64,000 nt of DNA from Gloeobacterales cyanobacterium. Lineage in GTDB: Bacteria; Cyanobacteriota; Cyanobacteriia; Gloeobacterales; PMM-0068. The translations under genes and the position numbers were made by a program. The notes under the pieces were generated by a model. It was not told the DNA's origin and made no database searches. It worked only from the letters and a program-made list of their open reading frames with translations. The stretch is from positions 160,001-224,000 of the forward strand of contig JBBRSB010000002.1 in the NCBI GenBank assembly GCA_038245785.1, given 5' to 3'. Shown here piece after piece: positions 61,167 through 64,000 of this stretch (its first letter is position 1; each line of letters starts with the position of its first letter).

Positions 61167-64000
61167 ATGCCCGTTGAACCTTATTCGCTCAAAGATGCTC
61201 CAGCCTTGATCGAAAGCCTGTTTCCCGCCCAGAAAATCTCCTTGGAATCGTACAAAGAGCAGATGGCAGGGAGCGGCAAAACTCTTACAGCCCTTGGTAG
61301 CTACTGGAAAGGCCGTAAGTCCCTAGTTCTCAACAAAGCATGTATTCTAGGCTGCCTTCTGCCTGCCACTAATGATCCCGAAAAAGATCTCGAGATTTAC
61401 GAGCTATTGATGGGTATGGATAACCTATCTTTTGCCAAGCGTTTGAAGACTCGACTCAAGCCTGCAGAGATACTTTCCTTAATAAAGCTTGACAACATCT
61501 ACCAGTACTTTGATGTTAAGCCAGAGGGTAGCCTGCCGTTGCATTCTCCGGTTAACGTTAATGACTACGCAGGTACCAAAGTCACCTGGAAAGCGAGCAC
61601 TTCTGAGGAACAGAAAAGCATTTTAGAATCCAAAGTTTTGGCACAGAAGTCATTTCACCAATTGGTAGATGAAGGGCACCGTGCTGAAGAAATCGGCGAT
61701 ACCATCTATGACCATGTGTGGGACATTGTGAATGCCCATCTGGGTACCCAGGCTAATTCAATGCCCGAGTTGGTAGAACAGCTGGGCATCATGCGGTTCG
61801 GTCATCGACCAAGGGTTGCAGATACTTTTGCAGGGTCTGGGCAAATCCCGTTTGAGGCCGCGCGACTAGGTTGTGATGTGCAAGCCTCGGATCTCAATCC
61901 GATTGCCTGCATGCTGTCCTGGGGGGCTTTCAATATTGTGGGTGCCAGTCCCGAAAAACGAAAGCTTATCGAAGCTGAGCAGACAACACTTGCTAGTAAA
62001 GTTGAGTTCGCAATTGATGCCTTGGGCATTGAGCAGGATGGGAAAGGCTGGGCGGCCAAGGTTTACCTTTACTGCGTCGAGGTCAGATGCCCTGAAACAG
62101 GCTGGATGGTGCCTCTGTTGCCGACTTTTGTTGTCAGCAAGGGTTACAAAGTTATTGCACGTCTAATGCCGGATGTGGTTAACACACGTTACGACATCGA
62201 AATTATTTCAGGTGTCAGCGAAAAGGAACTAAGCGCTGCCGAAAAGGGTACAGTGCAATCGGATGGGCGTGGTTCTGATCCTTACATGACCCATTCTGTC
62301 GATGGCGTCACCTACAAAACCAAAATATCGACCTTAAGGGGCGATTATCGTAAAGATGACGGAGCTAATGGCAACCGCTTGCGCAGGTGGGAGGTGTCTG
62401 ACTTTAAGCCAAGACCTGACGACATTTTTCAGGAGCGGTTATATACAGTGCAATGGATGCGTGCTAAAGCATCAGGAAAGTTGTTTGATTATGAGTTCCG
62501 GTCAGTCACTGAAGACGATCTTAAGCGTGAAAAGATTGTCGAAGATTATGTGGATAAGCACCTTGCTGAATGGCAGGAGAAAGGCTGGGTGCCGGATATG
62601 CGAATCGAACCTGGTGATAAAACTGATGAGCCCATTCGTACACGGGGCTGGACCCATTGGCATCATTTGTTTAATCCACGGCAGTTGTTGGTAATAGGTC
62701 TTGCGAGAGCTAGTTGCACAGCAGCAACTGCATTGAAGATGGCTTATATGGCAAACTATGGATCAAGATTATGTAGATGGAATAAATCTCGAGATAACGC
62801 ACTAGATGTTTTTTACAATCAAGCGCTAAATACAACTTTAAACTATTCCTGCCGTGCATCTTGGACTCTTATAAAATTTATTAAAGACCAATTTCTTTAC
62901 AGTGAAAACCCTATCAATACATTAGTAACAGTAGAAAATATCGAAGCAAATAGTATCTCAAGCCATTCGGATATTTTTGTAACGGACCCACCTTATGGTG
63001 ATGCAGTTAAATACGAAGAGATTCTTGAGTTTTTCATTGCCTGGTTCCAAAAAAATTTACCCCCTGAATTTGCTGACTGGGTTTGGGACAGCCGCCGAGC
63101 GCTAGCGATCAAGGGCGAAGATCACAATTTTCGCTTGGCCATGGTAGCCGCCTATAAGCGTATGACCGAGTGCATGCCTGACAACGGTATCCAGGTCATC
63201 ATGTTTACTCACCAGAGTGGCACCATCTGGGCTGACATGGCTAATATTGTCTGGGCATCAGGCTTGCGTGTGACTGCGGCATGGTACGTGGTTACCGAGA
63301 CCGATAGCGCATTGAGGGAAGGCAGTCATGTCAAAGGCACCGTGCTACTAGTGCTGCGCAAACGCACCGAAAACCTGAGTACCTTTCAGGATGATCTTGC
63401 CTGGGAACTAGCCGACGAAGTGAAGCGACAAATTGGGACACTCACTGGGCTGGATCAAAAGGTCAAAGCCAAGCAGCGGGGCATGAATCTGTTTAATGAT
63501 GCCGACCTGCAAATGGCAGGGTATGCTGCAGCCCTTCGGGTGCTGACCAAATACGCGAAAATTGATGGTCGTGAGATGCCCCAGGAAGCCCTTCGTCCTA
63601 GGCAAAAAGGCGTCAAGACCATTGTGGACGAGCTGGTAGAGTTCGCTGTCAGCACTGCCAACTGTTTCTTAGTTCCAGAGGGCATCGAGGCCCAGGTATG
63701 GGATAACCTCAATGGTGCCGAGCGTTTTTATCTGAAGATGCTCGACCTTGAAGCCAAAGGCGAAAAGAAACTCGAAAACTACCAAAACTTTGCCAAGGCA
63801 TTCAAAGTTGCGAACTGGAAACCCCTGATGGGCTCTGAGAAGGCAAATACTGCCCGCTTGCGTTCAGCCGTAGAGTTTAACAGCAGCGAAATGTCACCCG
63901 GAGCTGAACTCACCAACACCGTGGTTCGTGGCTGCCTTTATGGCATCATGCAGTTGGTCAAAGACAAAGAATCCGACGTGGTGCTCGAAGGCTTACGCGG
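61167..64000 (+). CDS. DUF1156 family adenine DNA methyltransferase (anti-phage associated); 3' end beyond the window
   Basis: Hand translation MPVEPYSLKDAPALIESLFPAQKIS.ESYKEQMAGSGKTLTALGSYWKGRK; motif I DTFAGSGQIPFEAARLG; motif IV VTDPPYGDAVKYEEI. Not in the ORF track because it is truncated. Confidence 0.88.
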   Translation, partial: MPVEPYSLKDAPALIESLFPAQKISLESYKEQMAGSGKTLTALGSYWKGRKSLVLNKACILGCLLPATNDPEKDLEIYELLMGMDNLSFAKRLKTRLKPAEILSLIKLDNIYQYFDVKPEGSLPLHSPVNVNDYAGTKVTWKASTSEEQKSILESKVLAQKSFHQLVDEGHRAEEIGDTIYDHVWDIVNAHLGTQANSMPELVEQLGIMRFGHRPRVADTFAGSGQIPFEAARLGCDVQASDLNPIACMLSWGAFNIVGASPEKRKLIEAEQTTLASKVEFAIDALGIEQDGKGWAAKVYLYCVEVRCPETGWMVPLLPTFVVSKGYKVIARLMPDVVNTRYDIEIISGVSEKELSAAEKGTVQSDGRGSDPYMTHSVDGVTYKTKISTLRGDYRKDDGANGNRLRRWEVSDFKPRPDDIFQERLYTVQWMRAKASGKLFDYEFRSVTEDDLKREKIVEDYVDKHLAEWQEKGWVPDMRIEPGDKTDEPIRTRGWTHWHHLFNPRQLLVIGLARASCTAATALKMAYMANYGSRLCRWNKSRDNALDVFYNQALNTTLNYSCRASWTLIKFIKDQFLYSENPINTLVTVENIEANSISSHSDIFVTDPPYGDAVKYEEILEFFIAWFQKNLPPEFADWVWDSRRALAIKGEDHNFRLAMVAAYKRMTECMPDNGIQVIMFTHQSGTIWADMANIVWASGLRVTAAWYVVTETDSALREGSHVKGTVLLVLRKRTENLSTFQDDLAWELADEVKRQIGTLTGLDQKVKAKQRGMNLFNDADLQMAGYAAALRVLTKYAKIDGREMPQEALRPRQKGVKTIVDELVEFAVSTANCFLVPEGIEAQVWDNLNGAERFYLKMLDLEAKGEKKLENYQNFAKAFKVANWKPLMGSEKANTARLRSAVEFNSSEMSPGAELTNTVVRGCLYGIMQLVKDKESDVVLEGLR

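Overview
This is a cyanobacterial chromosomal window. It carries flv3/flv1, an allophycocyanin beta paralog, prk, petH, chlL/chlN, urtABCDE, flavodoxin and an SLH/OprB porin. A short FNR with no CpcD linker domain, a stand-alone divergent ApcB paralog and no HIP1 (GCGATCGC) site noticed on reading suggest an early-branching, Gloeobacterales-like lineage (inference). Most of 9.4-52.2 kb is housekeeping, including a wzm/wzt-GT-gmd polysaccharide cluster, an NtcA-boxed urea uptake locus and a Fur-boxed flavodoxin operon. Two accessory regions stand out. (1) At 4.1-9.3 kb: an Rpn nuclease with a duplicated RpnS-like C-terminal cassette, a small GTPase with a membrane/coiled-coil partner, a thermonuclease, an IS200 remnant and an acyltransferase. 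(2) From a 3' half of tRNA-Cys (att-like scar, 52260-52302) to the window end, a defence island: VapBC, DinJ with a broken YafQ, an orphan RpnS fragment, a TPR membrane protein, Mrr, an hsdS remnant and a DUF499-DUF3780-DUF1156 methyltransferase operon. The most unusual sequence-level signal is a 24-nt micro-element (about GTGGTCCCTGAGNNNNGTCGAAGG). It has inserted in frame into four toxin/antitoxin-type genes at a G-Y-Y-W-C target, and a 35-nt variant knocks out the YafQ toxin. All product calls come from motif recognition by eye; no searches were run.
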